Part shown: positions 49,773 through 62,713 of the stretch, piece after piece
Position numbering within the stretch: position 1 is the stretch's first letter
Layout of the letters: every line of letters starts with the position of its first letter
Source: Macrostomum hystrix
Taxonomy: Eukaryota; Animalia; Platyhelminthes
DNA length: 64,000 nt
Reading direction: 5' to 3'
NCBI GenBank assembly: GCA_950097015.1
Contig: CATNEN010000029.1
Location: forward strand, 1,178,001-1,242,000
Notes under the pieces: model-generated
Seen by the model: the letters and a program-made list of their open reading frames with translations, nothing else
Told to the model about the DNA's origin: nothing
The model's database searches: none
Translations under genes and position numbers: made by a program

Positions 49773-50710
49773 CCGACTTTGAGTAGGCTAGGACCCGACT
49801 TTGAGTAGGCTAGGACCCGACTTTGAGTAGGGTAGGCCCCGACTTTGAGTAGGCTAGGCCCCGAATTTGAGTAGGCTAGGACCCGACTTTGAGTAGGCTA
49901 GGCCCCGAATTTGAGTAGGCTAGGACCCGGCTTTGAGTAGGCTAGGCCCCGACTTTGAGAAGGCTAGGCCCTGACTTTGAGTAGGCTAGGCCCCGAATTT
50001 GAGTAGGCTAGGACCCGACTTTGAGTAGGCTAGGCCCCGAATTTGAGTAGGCTAGGACCCGACTTTAAGTAGGCTAGGCCCCGACTTTGAGTAGGCTAGG
50101 CCCCGACTTTGAGTAGGCTAGGACCCGACTTTGAGTAGGCTAGGACCCGACTTTGAGTAGGCTAGGCCCCGAATTTGAGTAGGCTAGGACCCGACTTTGA
50201 GTAGGCTAGGCCCCGACTTTGAGTAGGCTAGGCCCCGACTTTGAGTAGGCTAGGCCCCGAATTTGAGTAGGCTAGGCCCCGACTTTGAGTAGGCTAGGCC
50301 CCGACTTTGAGAAGGCTAGGCCCCGAATTTGAGTAGGCTAGGACCCGACTTTGAGTAGGCTAGGACCCGACTTTTAGTAGGCTAGGCCCCGACTTTGAGT
50401 AGGCTAGGCCCCGAATTTGAGTAGGGTAGGCCCCGACTTTGAGTATGCTAGGCCCCGACTTTGAGAAGGCTAGGCCCTGACTTTGAGTAGGCTAGGCCCC
50501 GAATTTGAGTAGGCTAGGCCCCGACTTTGAGTAGGCTAGGCCCCGACTTTGAGTAGGCTAGGCCCCGACTTTGAGTAGGCTAGGCCCCGAATTTGAGTAG
50601 GCTAGGCCCCGACTTTCAGTAGGCTAGGCCCCGACTTTGAGAAGGCTAGGCCCCGACTTTGAGTAGGCTAGGCCCCGACTTTGAGTAGGCTAGGCCCCGA
50701 TTTTGAGTCG
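49770..50710. repeat. 22-bp tandem array starting at the SINE E head
   Basis: Unit aggctaggccccgactttgagt, about 42 copies. Confidence 0.96.
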
Positions 50711-50721
50711 GCTAAGCCGGT

Positions 50722-50895
50722 AATGATTTTTTTATTTGATGATCTCGAGACACGGAGCAAAACAATGAAGAAGGCGTCTGACCTATCGCTCGTTGGCTTC
50801 ATAATTGCCTCTGTTGAGTGTGGGAAACAAAGCCCTGGTGTCAAGCTCATTTCACTCGACCTTCCGTATACTATCGATGAGCAATTCTTGGTTAA
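50722..50895 (+). mobile_element. Possible degenerate piggyBac transposase fragment
   Basis: Reads FLFDDLETRSK...SPG...YTIDEQFL, matching the order and spacing of piggyBac RFDD..TR and LTIDEQL motifs. Short and divergent. Confidence 0.35.
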
Positions 50896-53339
50896 TAAAC
50901 TTGCCGTAAGTGGGAGTTAAAGAGGTTTTATGTTATTTTTTATAATAAACTTAAAGAATGCTAGCAGTATTATGTATCAATCGACACCTGGTCGTTTCGC
51001 CAATCGCAGTGCAAATATACTGCCACTCAAACAAGCGCAGCCACTCGCTGGTCAAAAAATACTTCTCTCACTGCATGGGTTGCCGTTCGGGTCCCGAAGC
51101 CGCACGAAATAAAATAAATCTAAATCAAAGTCTGTATGTGTTTTACATATAAATGCGAAACAAATTAACTGCGAAGAAGGACCCCAAAGCAATCCAGAAT
51201 TCAATTTTGCACCGAACAGCAGTAGCTTCATCTTCTGTAAATTTTCTTCAGCCTCCTGAATGGCACCAGAATGTGGCAGAGTTGAAGCAGGCTAGCCATA
51301 TGATTAGTGCACCGATGAATGACAAAAATGTTCCGCGCTAAAAAATAGAATACACAGTGCTAAGAGGGCTAAAGTAGAAGCTATTTTTAGAAAATCTTGT
51401 GGAAAACCCCTTTTTTAACCATCTCAATCCTTACAGGCACGTGACTGGTCTTAGCCTATCAAAGTTCAGCCAGTACAGCCTGCAGTTTCCGCTATTTAGA
51501 GAATTGTGTTTTTACAAGCATTCGCTATCGACATCGATCTGATAGCAAGACTGCGAAAATCACAAATTTCTTCTCTAGTTACTAATCCGCTCGACTTTTA
51601 AGAACCTTTGTTTTTATTCTCGATTTCGTTAGAGTGATCAGCAATGCCCACCTATTTTGTTTTATCATTTGAGAGAGAAACGCAGCCAGGAATAGTGCTA
51701 AGTGAAAAAAATGCTAATTACGAGCAATTCAATTAAAAACTTCTGTTAAAATCAAACACTAGAAACGCTGATAAGCCTACACAGTGAACGTACATAGTGT
51801 GGATTGCATAACGCTTTACCCTGTCAGTACTTAAAAAAATAATTTTCATCCAAAAAACTTTTTTAATTGAAATTATATTGCCACACGACAGAAATTGTGT
51901 GTCTCTTTCTTGGATTTGCTTGGATTTCAGTGGATGATAACAAACCCAAAGGTTTGGTTTGGCCACTATGCTTGGGCCATAGACATATCTATATAGTTGG
52001 TCAATCTAGTAGCTAGATAGACGCTAAAATTCGCCGACCTTTCTTTATTTTTGGTTACGGCCATAGATAAAACTACGATTGCAGTTATTAATGGAGACTT
52101 TCCATAGAATGCGGTTAATTTCATGTCCATGGAATAGTCAACTTTTAGCACGCAATGAAAAAGCTAGGTGCATGCAGCAAGGACCACAAGAAGAAGGACG
52201 GGACACTTCGTTTCTTGGAAAATTTATCAAAGGCTCATTTTCAAAGAAAACTGCACTAGAGAGATATAGGAACTTTTCACGTTTTTTTCACATTAAAATG
52301 TTGATAACTTTTTATTGGAAACAGATCCAATGCCGTTCTTTTAACATAACTTGCAAAACATGCCGCTTCACCGAATTTAAAAGAGTTTCATTCATGAATT
52401 GTTGAGACTCATGAAAAGTAAAGATCCTCATTTTCTTTACGTTCATTTATCATGAAGCAAAATAGCAACCAAGCAGACATACAATTAGCCTACAGCTTGG
52501 CCTACTGTTTTTTTATAAAAAATGCGACAATTCCCGGAATGCACTTATACTTGATTAGAAAGTGACTGTAAAATTGAGATAGTCACGAGATAGCTATTGA
52601 CTGGCTATTGTGCTTCATGATAAATAAGCGAAAATATAATGAGGATCAATTATTCATACATGAAGCTTTTAAAAATCCCCTGAGTTTTGACCATAGACAA
52701 TTGGAAATTGATGCACGCAATTTACTGCTGCCCGTTAACAGCACGAAAATGCATTAACAGCACGCTTTTTATGTTGCAACTAATCGGGTTTGACCATAGA
52801 CATTCAACATTGATATGTACTTTTGGTGATATTAAGACGCACGTAGGATGCGCGGTAATGTCCTTACATGTATTAATGTTGCTCTAGTTCATAGACTAAA
52901 GTTTAGTAGACCACATGCAAGGAATAGCTTAGACAAACATTTTTGTCTATGGTAGGAAGTGGGGGCTTCGCACTCACTCTTAGCTTTCTCACTCTGCTCC
53001 TCGTGGTTCATATCCATAGACTAAAGTACATAGCAATGAGTAAATAAACAGCGGCCCCAGTGCGTGACAACGATTGTTTTGCGAGCGCTGGTAGGCGCCG
53101 CTGTTTCTTTTGATTGTATCGCTATTTGACGATCAAATCGTATGAACTGTCTGTGGCATAGAAAAGTGAGACGCTCGTAGCAGGGGGGTGTGAAGAAAAC
53201 TTGAAGAAAACTTTGATGTCTATGGCAGAGTGTATTCATACCTCTTCTCATCTAGGTTCAATGCCGAATAGCAAACAAACAATGAATTGTAACGCATAAA
53301 AACTACAAATAATGATCGTCAAATAGTGATACAATGGAA

Positions 53340-53444
53340 GGTTATTCGTAAGTGAGACTTTAGGATAATAGTCCGGCTCATGAGTGCGCGCAGCGCACGA
53401 GTGAGCATAGGACTATTATCCTAAAGTCTCACTTACGAATAACC
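53340..53444. repeat. Foldback: perfect 35-bp inverted repeat with a partly self-complementary spacer
   Basis: ggttattcgtaagtgagactttaggataatagtcc (53340-53374) and its exact reverse complement (53410-53444). Confidence 0.95.
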
Positions 53445-53915
53445 GCATTGTCGAATTTCAGTGGGGCCATAGACAAAAAGGGCATCGAAAGGAGAGAGGG
53501 GTTACCGAGGAGAGACAGACAAAAAGACTGACGTGGTTTACTGGAGTTTGGGCCATAGACAACGAAGTTGCAAACAGGCCGGGGCCATAGAATTCTAGAT
53601 ATCAAACTGGAAGTGAAGGCTTTGAGGGGGGCGTACAAAACCGGGCCGAATGAAAAATCCGTCCCAATGAAGCAATAGGAATGCTATAGGATATTTTCCT
53701 ATTTTGCGATGCGATACCAAGAATGTTATTGTAAATAAATTTATTTTGCAGCAATTTATTTTTGGATTTCTTACTTCATTAGAATTGAAAATTAAGAATT
53801 AAGTATATTGTTGGGCATATTCCATTGCATTACAGATGAAACAAAAGTAGTGCGATTTTGAGCGCATATGGGATTGAGCATGAAAAATTTCAGAGTCTCA
53901 CGATTACTTGTTGGT

Positions 53916-56739
53916 TCAGCAGCTAAACTTGGCAACTTTTCGCCCCGAAAGTGCTCCCGATGCAGTCAGACGGCTGGTCCAATTCTTGGCAGCAGTGTTG
54001 AACATTTTCCGGCATAGTGGCTGCAGAAGAGGATGCTGAAGCTCGCAGTGTGTTTGGAATCGTAGATTTGGAAGGCGCGCAAACATCTCTGAGCAGATTG
54101 CTTCAAACAATGTAGCATGTCGATTATTCGAATTGAGGAACTGTTGGCAGGTCTGCAACTGGGCAATGATCTCCCAGGAAGCCGTACACGCGGCGAAGGC
54201 GAGCTCAGAAGGCTCAGTCAACCCGCCACGGTTCACTTGCCGCAGAAAAGTTGACGATGCGTCAAGTACTGCGTCGTTGGGCCGAGACAGTAGCAGTTCA
54301 TTGCATGACGCACAGCTTCTGAGAGCAGAAATCGATTTGGCGAACTTGCCGGCCACATAATAGACGACGTTGGAATCTGCAGCGTCAATCTTCTCATCGA
54401 GACTCAGCTGAATAGCAATCTCTTCGGCTTCTTTCAACAGATCACGGCTCTCGCTGCTTGCTTCGGCGGATAGAGCCTGAATGGCCATTGGCGTGACGCG
54501 GCTGAACTGCAATAGCGATACTGACCGGATGGCTTTCTCCGCATCCAAAACATCCCTGCATGATACATAGTAGTTCAATCCTTTGCGATGACGATACCAT
54601 CCAAATCTTCCTTCTAGTGGATCCGATTGCAGCATTCCAATGAGCACATACTCAAACATCAGACTGGTAAGCAGGTACCGAGATACCTGCACCAACGCTT
54701 CGAGTGTGTGACCTAGAGCTAGAAATGTTTCATCGCTCAGACCTCGGCTCTTGCATTCCTTCCACTTCCGCACGTAGTTTGCCACGTCGGACAAATATTC
54801 CAGCTTCCAATCGGTATCAGATCTGATAGGATCTCTGTGGCAATCCCGCTTGTGCTTGCCAATTGTGCTCGTTTTCACATTCAGCACGTACCAAAGTTGT
54901 GTGACGGCGGTAACAAAATTTGCCGTGTCGTTCCAAGGCTTGCCCTGATTTTTTGTATAGTAAAGCAGAGCGTTAGCAGTAGACTCGGAAAACAAGGCAA
55001 GTGAAAGTTTGACCGACGTCTTCTGAATGCTCTTGGGATTAATTACACTTGAATTAAGCTTTGGTGCCAGCTTCACAGGCTTCTCCTTTTCCAGCTCGAA
55101 AAGGTGTCGGATGTTGCCGAATTCAGCCACGATAAACTCGCCATTATTCTTCAGTGTGAGACCAGAAAAAAAACTGACTTTCCAAGATGGGAAGCTCCAG
55201 AACTTGCCTCTTTTGGAAGTTGTTATAGATGTTCTTCATCGTGTGGGTCGGATCGAACAGCAGAAAAATCTTCTTATTCGCATCATGAGGATGAGGAATC
55301 GACGTTTTAAGAACGCCGCCGCAAAGCTTGTGGATAAAGAAGGCACGATTAGCTGAATGATTATCAACTAGGATAGTAACGACATTCAGATTGGTGCGCT
55401 GAAGCATTTCCATCACGCTCAAGTAGTGCACATGCAAGACGTCCGCCGTCAGCTTGCTCAAAGGAAAGAGTGCAACAACGTCACGGAACTTTCCAGCGAT
55501 GGACTTGACCATGAAGCAGAGCATTGTTGACGCTGATGTACTCTCCTGCATACCCACAATCTTTCCGGCAGAGTACTCAATTCTTCTGTTCAGATGTATC
55601 TCGTCGATAATTAAATTCACGTTCGACTCCAAAATAGACAGATCCTGAGTTCTGAGATGAAGGTATCGCTCATCAGAAACTCCAGGAGTCACTGAAAGCG
55701 GGCTGGCGATCGCCGTAAGGCGGCGAACGGATGGCAGGATTAGCACTTCCTGGTCCAGCAAAGACTGATAGCATGCCGTACTAGTAGACTTCAGAGTCAT
55801 CGCAAACACGATCAGATCAGGAGAGTAGCGCAAGGATGGCTTACTAATGCAAGACAGCTTCAATTGCTCCATAATAAATTGAATGCGCTGGTGAAGCGGT
55901 TCGGCGGTGTCCTGACACTCTGCAGTCCATCTAGTAAGGCAGTCAATGGCGTCCTCAATTAATTTTTTGTCTTCTGTCCCATTGTTTGCACTCGAAATTT
56001 GTGTCCAGGACTTGATTTGGGCAAGCAAATTTTGAATTTGGGAGAACAAGCAAACCTTGCCGCAGTCCAAAAATTGTAGCAATCTCTTCTGCTGTACCGG
56101 CAGTCCATTGAGACTTGCTGCAACAGTCATGTCTGCACGAATTTGCAGGGAGCAGAGAATTTCGGGGACGTCTCCATTGTCTACATGAACAAGACAAAAT
56201 GTAATTTTGCTAGGCTTAGACAGTACTAGGAAATCGGTTGGAATCATGTTGCACTCCAGCTGGCGTACAACGTCGGCAAGTGAGGCTATCTCATCTTGAG
56301 TGAGAAACTCAGCAGCCGCGTTTTCCATCCGGTCTTGCTCAAATTGATGCCTCTGCTCTGCTGTAGCTCTTTCTGCTCGAGATGGCAAAGCTGTTGGCTG
56401 CAGTCGCTCAGGAAGCTGCGTAAATATAGTAGGAATGGCATCCTTTTTTAGTCTGCGCTTGATGAGAGCTTCGCCATCCCTCGTGCGCTTTCGACGAAGA
56501 TTTGTGTCCTGAGATGTGGCAACGAAGTCATCGTCTGTGAAGTGCAGGGAGCACAGTCTCGATTGCGTTGTTGGGGTATAATTTTCCCTTCGAATTCGCC
56601 GCAACCATTCTTGGAGAAGTTGTTGATCTTTGAGAGGAAATTCGTGAAATGAAACTTTGAAAGCTGCTTCAGAAGTTACGGTGGAACATTTCCTCAGGTA
56701 TCCAGAATGGCAGTTGAACGCAGCACATTTGTAACCCAT
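53916..56739 (-). mobile_element. P-element/THAP9-like transposase (~940 aa) split by one frameshift
   Basis: THAP domain (MGYKCAAFNC...FHEFP...WLRRI...LCSLHF...AIPTIF) followed by P-element core motifs IIDEIHL, LFDPTHTMKNIYNN, KLAPKL, QKTSVKL, LQSDPLEGRFG. The two ORFs join if one T is removed from the T8 run at ~55166-55173. Element ends were not identified. Confidence 0.9.
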
Positions 56740-57167
56740 TTGCTTTTGAGTTCGGAGTGACAAAGAAATCTTTAAAAGACTTTAAAAACGGAAACTTTTT
56801 ACTTTAAAAAAGTAAACGGAAATAATTTGGTCTATATAATTTACCATAGCTTTAGTGGGGTGTTGGTCGTAGCCTACACTGTACAGTGCTATATTTGGCC
56901 TCCGATCAGAGTGGAAGGGAATCTACACTCTCCCCAGGACAGCAGTCTTAGATTAGAATGTACATAGACGCTATCGCGGAGGGAGGGGTTGGTCTCTGCA
57001 AACATCTAACGGCCGCCGGCTAGCCGACACTTCCACTAGTCAAAAAATACTCGGCTAGCCGGGTGATTCCACGTGGACCCACGGGGGGCTAGCCTTACTG
57101 GCGGTGGCCTTGGGGGAATTGCATTCCTAACCCACGTGCATGTAGTAAGAAACTATATAAATAACTT

Positions 57168-58100
57168 ATTTCCAAACATATAGGGAAGCCATTTTTACGG
57201 CGTAGTGTAGAATAACTTCGACTAAGTAGCTCAATGAGATACATGAGATACATACATGACAAGGCCATTTTTCAAAAGAAACCAAACTAGAATCCTTGTC
57301 CCTAGAACTCAAAGAACTCGATATGGAAAACTCTTGCATAATGAATTATAGCTTTTTGGCTAGAACGGCAAGAACTATATACAACACAGGCATATATGCA
57401 TTTTAGAAATGAAATAGATGACAGATTAATAGAAAGGAGGAATGAAAAGAAAAAATGACAAAAAGTGAAAAAGTTTTATTTCGTCAATTACAAAAATTAG
57501 TAGTGGTTGGTAATCGAGCTAGGGACCTTCCGCATGCGAGGATTCAGCGCTACTCAACAATCTACACAGACTTAATACAAGTGAAGGGAAAAAATATTAT
57601 TATACTGGCTGGCCATAACACTAGCCATTTCTAGACATTTCCAAACATATAGGGAAGCCATTTTTACGGCGTAGTGTAGAATAACTTCGACTAAGTAGCT
57701 CAATGAGATACATGAGATACATACATGACAAAGCCATTTTTCAAAAGAAACCAAACTTGTCCCTAGAACTCGAAAGAACTCGAAGCAGTGGCGAACGAAT
57801 TTCGTATATGGAAAACTCTTGCATAATGAATTATATCTTTTTGGCTAGAACGGCAAGAACTATAATACAACACAGGCATATTATATGCATTTTAGAAATG
57901 AAATAGATGACAGATCAATAGAAAGGAGGAATGAAAAGAATAAATGACAAAAAGTGATAAGTTTTATTTCGTCAATTACAAAAATCAAATGTAATTGGTA
58001 AACGAGCTAGGGACCTTCCGCATGCGAGGATTCAGCGCTACTCAACAATCTACACGGACTTGATAGAAGTGAAGGGAAAAAATGTTATTATACTGGCTGG
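57168..58100. repeat. Diverged direct duplication of ~450 bp (offset ~469)
   Basis: atttccaaacatatagggaagccattttt... at 57168 and 57637; both copies end ...ttatactggctgg. Confidence 0.92.
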
Positions 58101-61100
58101 TAGAAAGCCCAACTTAAAAGTTCTTTATCGTTCTTAATCGTTCTTTCATTCTTATTTATTCTATACCGTAACAGTTGAACCTAAAATCTGTAATTTAGAA
58201 GATACAAGAGAGAATAAGTATACAATTATAAATATAGGAATGAATAAGTAGAAGCTAGGTATGTAAGTATGCATAATTTAAAAATTTGGCGCGTTCCGAT
58301 GCACAAGATTGAGATTCTAAATAGAGGAAGAGGGACTGTGTTTCGTACATTAATAAGGTAATAGTTTGGTATCTTATCTCCCTCCCGAGTTCCGGCCAAC
58401 AAATGAATTAGTAATGAATTTCGATTGCTAGGGACCATTGAAAGGTTACACGATCGATCATAACCAATTGTGAATTATTTGATATTTTTTGTTTTCTGCA
58501 ATCTAAATTCGAAATTTATTCATATACATTCTGTTTTTATTAAACGTTGCTTCATTTTGTGTTCATATGTGTTTATTTTGGTACGTCCAATTCCTTCACG
58601 CAAACTAAACTCCCGGACGATAAAATGTTACGTAAACACGTTAAAACAAAACAAACGCTAAAAACAAAACGTAGAAATAGTAAAAAATCTCATTTTATTG
58701 CACAAAAATTAAAATTGCTTTAACAGTTTTTAGTTACAGACAAGCGCTTTATTGACTTGAAATTTAAATTTTAAATTACAGTTTTTGCGGTTGTTTTATT
58801 CCTATCCAATATTCTATCCTATTCTATTGTAGTATAACTGGGTTTGAAGGCCGCGAATTTAAACAGTTTTACTACAGCAATTTAACGTCTTCAGTTTACA
58901 CGCCGCGCCGCGCCTTACACTTACAATCGATTGCAGCGCGCTTTTCAAACTGGTGCGATTATATTTTAATTAGACAACGATTAAAATAATTTATAATTAA
59001 TATTTGCATTATTTTCAAGGGTCATAAAAGTAGAAATTAATAACATAATAATGTTATTTGCAATCGCTATAGTTACTGTATAGCAACAATTAAATATTTA
59101 GCGCAATTTTAAAAGAACATTTCCAGCCGCACTACACTATGCTATCCTAAACCGATTAGGTTACTTGTGTTAATTATCTACTGATACTACTACTAGATAA
59201 TAGATCTATTCTTAAATCTTTAATTTATTTTGAAGTCTCAGTCAAAAGCATTGCGATTTTTTTGTCGCAGCGCATTTTTATTGCAAAATAGTAAATATAA
59301 AGTTTCTAATTAATTTAGATTAAATCGTCAAATTAGCTATTTGTTAACGTAAGTATGACCGTCAGTGCTTTCTATTCACTCATATTTTCCTTAAATATGT
59401 TGCCCGTAGTTGTATAGACAACTAATATAATTAATAATTTTTTATTAACCATGCTTCCAGGGCCTAGCTGTGTCCCATAGGAAGTGCTAATTCACATGGT
59501 CCTATGCTGATAATTTCAATTTTATCTATGTGGTCCTATGCTGATAATTTCAATTTTATCCACGTGGTCCTATGCTTATAATTTCAATTTTATCCATATG
59601 AATCCATGCTCAAAATTTATGCTTATCTGCTGGTGTTTTGTTTTGCAATCAGTCCTAAAAACAGTCTGGCTGGCTGCCTACATCGATCACCCTCAAACTG
59701 CAGCCAATTAAACCTGCCACAGAAAATGAATTCCACTGAGCAATGTAGAGAGCCTGGCACTTGCTGTCACAGCTAAGACCTGTGATTTCCTTTGGCAAAT
59801 CAAAATCCCTCTGGGCTTTTAGACAGACAGACCCATCAATTGAAAAGGCAAGAATCTCATAACTTTAGTCTCCATGTAAAACGGAACAAAAAGGGAGCCT
59901 CACAGTGATATCACCTGCCAATTCTCTCTCACTAGCTGGCCTGAAGAATCAGCAACAAAAGTTTTAGTGTTGGAGCACAATGCAATAAATCTAGGATTGC
60001 CTAGACTTTCCAGCTCACCAGACTGGAATAAACATAATCCAACAATCATATGTACAAAAACATTCAAGACACAATAGTTTTGATGACTATAGTTGGTTGT
60101 AGTGTCTCAAACAAACTTTTCTTGTACAACACTTAAGCATGCAGATAACGCCTATGCCATATCTATCCATAGTGTGGATCATGTAGTGCAGACAAGAATT
60201 TTCCTGTGTGTATTTTCAGAAGTGGCATGCAGTGGTGTACAAATTGGTCAGTGGCCTGCATAATGCACACTACATAATTACACTGGCATGGCAATGTTGC
60301 CAATGCATTTATGCATGCAGCAAAAAACATATTCAACTTTTTTTTAAATCTATTGTATATTAACAGTATAAATAGAGAAACAAAAATTAACATTTGTCTC
60401 CACTTCATTTGTGTTGCCTATGGATGAGTTAGCTCTATGTAGCAATGTATGCAGTGCGCTGCACGTGGCCTACATCTTGAATGTGCATTGACTTCCAAAT
60501 TGCAGGTACTGCTTGACTGTTTTCACCTGCCTGTGACCAGTCACTTTACAGATATTGGCATTTGAGTAACCAACATCAGAAAACTCCTTGCAGAGCTATT
60601 GCTGCGGCTGCCTCATGGAATGGTTGGAGCAGCAAATCAAACATGTCGACACCGGTGACGCCCATCTGAAGTGGTCCCAGACCCTCTGACTTGGCCACCA
60701 GCTGGAACACGTCCATGGCGGCAAGAAGGTCGCTGCTGTTAGCGGCCTGATTATGCGAACATCCGATGGGATTCCAATTGCTCTAACAGACATTTGACAT
60801 TGTTCTAAAATAAGAAAATGCAATGAAATTTACAGAATTTTATCATGTAGTCTAAAAATTTACTGCAACATGCTAACAAAATATGTGTTAAATTATATTC
60901 ACCTCATTGAAATTGGAAGGAAATCCATGGAAGTAAAGACGAAAATTTTCAAAGTCATTTCTGAAATATTTGTTTTTATACGTAGGGTGTCCCAGAAATA
61001 GCGGGAAAAATCGATGCACAGGCAAACTGGTGCAACATAGTTTATTGAAACTTACGTCACTGATATATAAACATCCAGCAGTTCTAATGCTTTTTAAATC

Positions 61101-61289
61101 AAGTAAATATGTCAACTCATTAAAAAGTTTTAGCTAAAATTAGAACAAGGGGTAAGGGGTAGAGTTACACCAAGTCAAGGCCAGCGGAATCGGTCACGCA
61201 GCATCGCCATTGCTGACCTACTTCTTTGACTTAGCGGCAGGGAGCCTCCATGACAGACGCAGCGAGGAGGCGGCCGGTGCCGCCCATAT

Positions 61290-61945
61290 CGCTAACCCCT
61301 GGCAGCATCGCCATCGCCGTCGACTGACGACTTTTCGACGAAGTCCCCCTTAGCTCGCAGCACTTAGTCCATCGCGTGAGAAGCGCATTGATGGCATCTG
61401 CATAAGCTCGACGCGGAATTTCGTGCAGCAGAACCCGCCTGAATTCACCTTCCAAGTTGTCGCGATGGTCAAAGATGCGCCCCCGCAGGTGCTTCTTTAA
61501 CTGAGGGAAAATTGCGTAGTCGCAAGGAGCTAAGTCTGGTGAGTAGGGTGGGTGCGCAAGCAGATCAAAATTGAGTTCGTTGATACGATCAAGCGTTTTC
61601 TTGGCCGTGTGAGGTCGAGCGTTGTCGTGCAACAGGAGGTGAGGCTTCATCGCAGCCCTGCGCTTGTTGCGGATGTCTGATTTCATCTTAGTCAGCGTCT
61701 CCGTGTACCGGTCCGAGTTAACCGTGCTGTTAGGCCCAAGGAAGTCGATGGTCAGGGTTAGACCCAGAAGGGTCAGGTCAACCTTCTTGATCGAAGAAAA
61801 GGGTCAGCATGATCTTCTTGCAGTGCTGGTCTCGCTTCGCTTTCACAGGTGGATCTGAACCCTTCAACGCCCACACCTTGCTTTCTGCTTGGTCTCAGGG
61901 TCAAAGTGCGGTATCCAGGTTTCATTGCCGGTCACCAGATAGGGT
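61290..61945 (-). mobile_element. Mariner (DD34D) transposase remnant
   Basis: LVTGNETWIPHFDPETKQQSKVW (first D mutated to N), LLHDNARPHTA, HPPYSPDLAPCDY. Frameshifts and an internal insertion are present; no TIRs found. Confidence 0.85.
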
Positions 61946-62713
61946 GTATCTGGTATTCGCTCGTATTTTAAGCGAATTTTTTTGAAGTTCTGTAAATTCT
62001 GTAAATTACCGAACTAGGCTACAACAAGCAAAAACAATTACAGTTTAGCATATGATAGCTGCCTAAATTCCTGATGTACATAAATATATATCTCGGCTCC
62101 ATTAGTAAAAAAACACTAACCTGGCAGTTCAATCGCCCAACAGGCTACCTTCTGCCGCATTCATTTGAGCTGAAATTGGTAGGGATATTATACTCAAATC
62201 GCCAGAAGTATAATATCGCCAACTTAAATACTAACGTTAGTTTCCCTTTTGATTAGTCAAGATTAGTAAACATAGAAGCACAGCCGTTAATTGGCTGCGA
62301 ACTTTTAATATCTGATTCAATATTGGGAACACTTTGAACTGCAGACTTCACCTCTAAGTTGTTTAAAGTACTTATTGGTCTCAGTTGCTGCAAGCTGTTG
62401 AAACATGGCACAATGATTTCAACCGCTACAACATATTGAACAGAAACTACTTAAAAATAAATGAAAACGAAAAGTAATAAATTCCAGATCTACCTATCAA
62501 TCAGACGAGCCAAGAGCTTTCACCTTCAAAGGCATTTTCCGGTAGATTATTTAACTCTTAGTCGTTATGATTATATTATTATATATTTTGCGGTGCCCTA
62601 AAGTAGTGGATACAAATAATAAGGATTCAAATAGTCCTGGTCAAACATGATATTTGTTGCATTATTAAACTTCATTAAATCAAATTAAAGTAAGTACATT
62701 TTACTTATTTCAG

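Noticed and set aside
84-50710. Tandem arrays as CRISPR arrays
   Set aside because: No unique spacers, no cas genes, and the context is eukaryotic introns.
55160-55180. Programmed -1 frameshift at T TTT TTC in the P transposase
   Set aside because: The downstream ORF is in the +1 frame, not -1.
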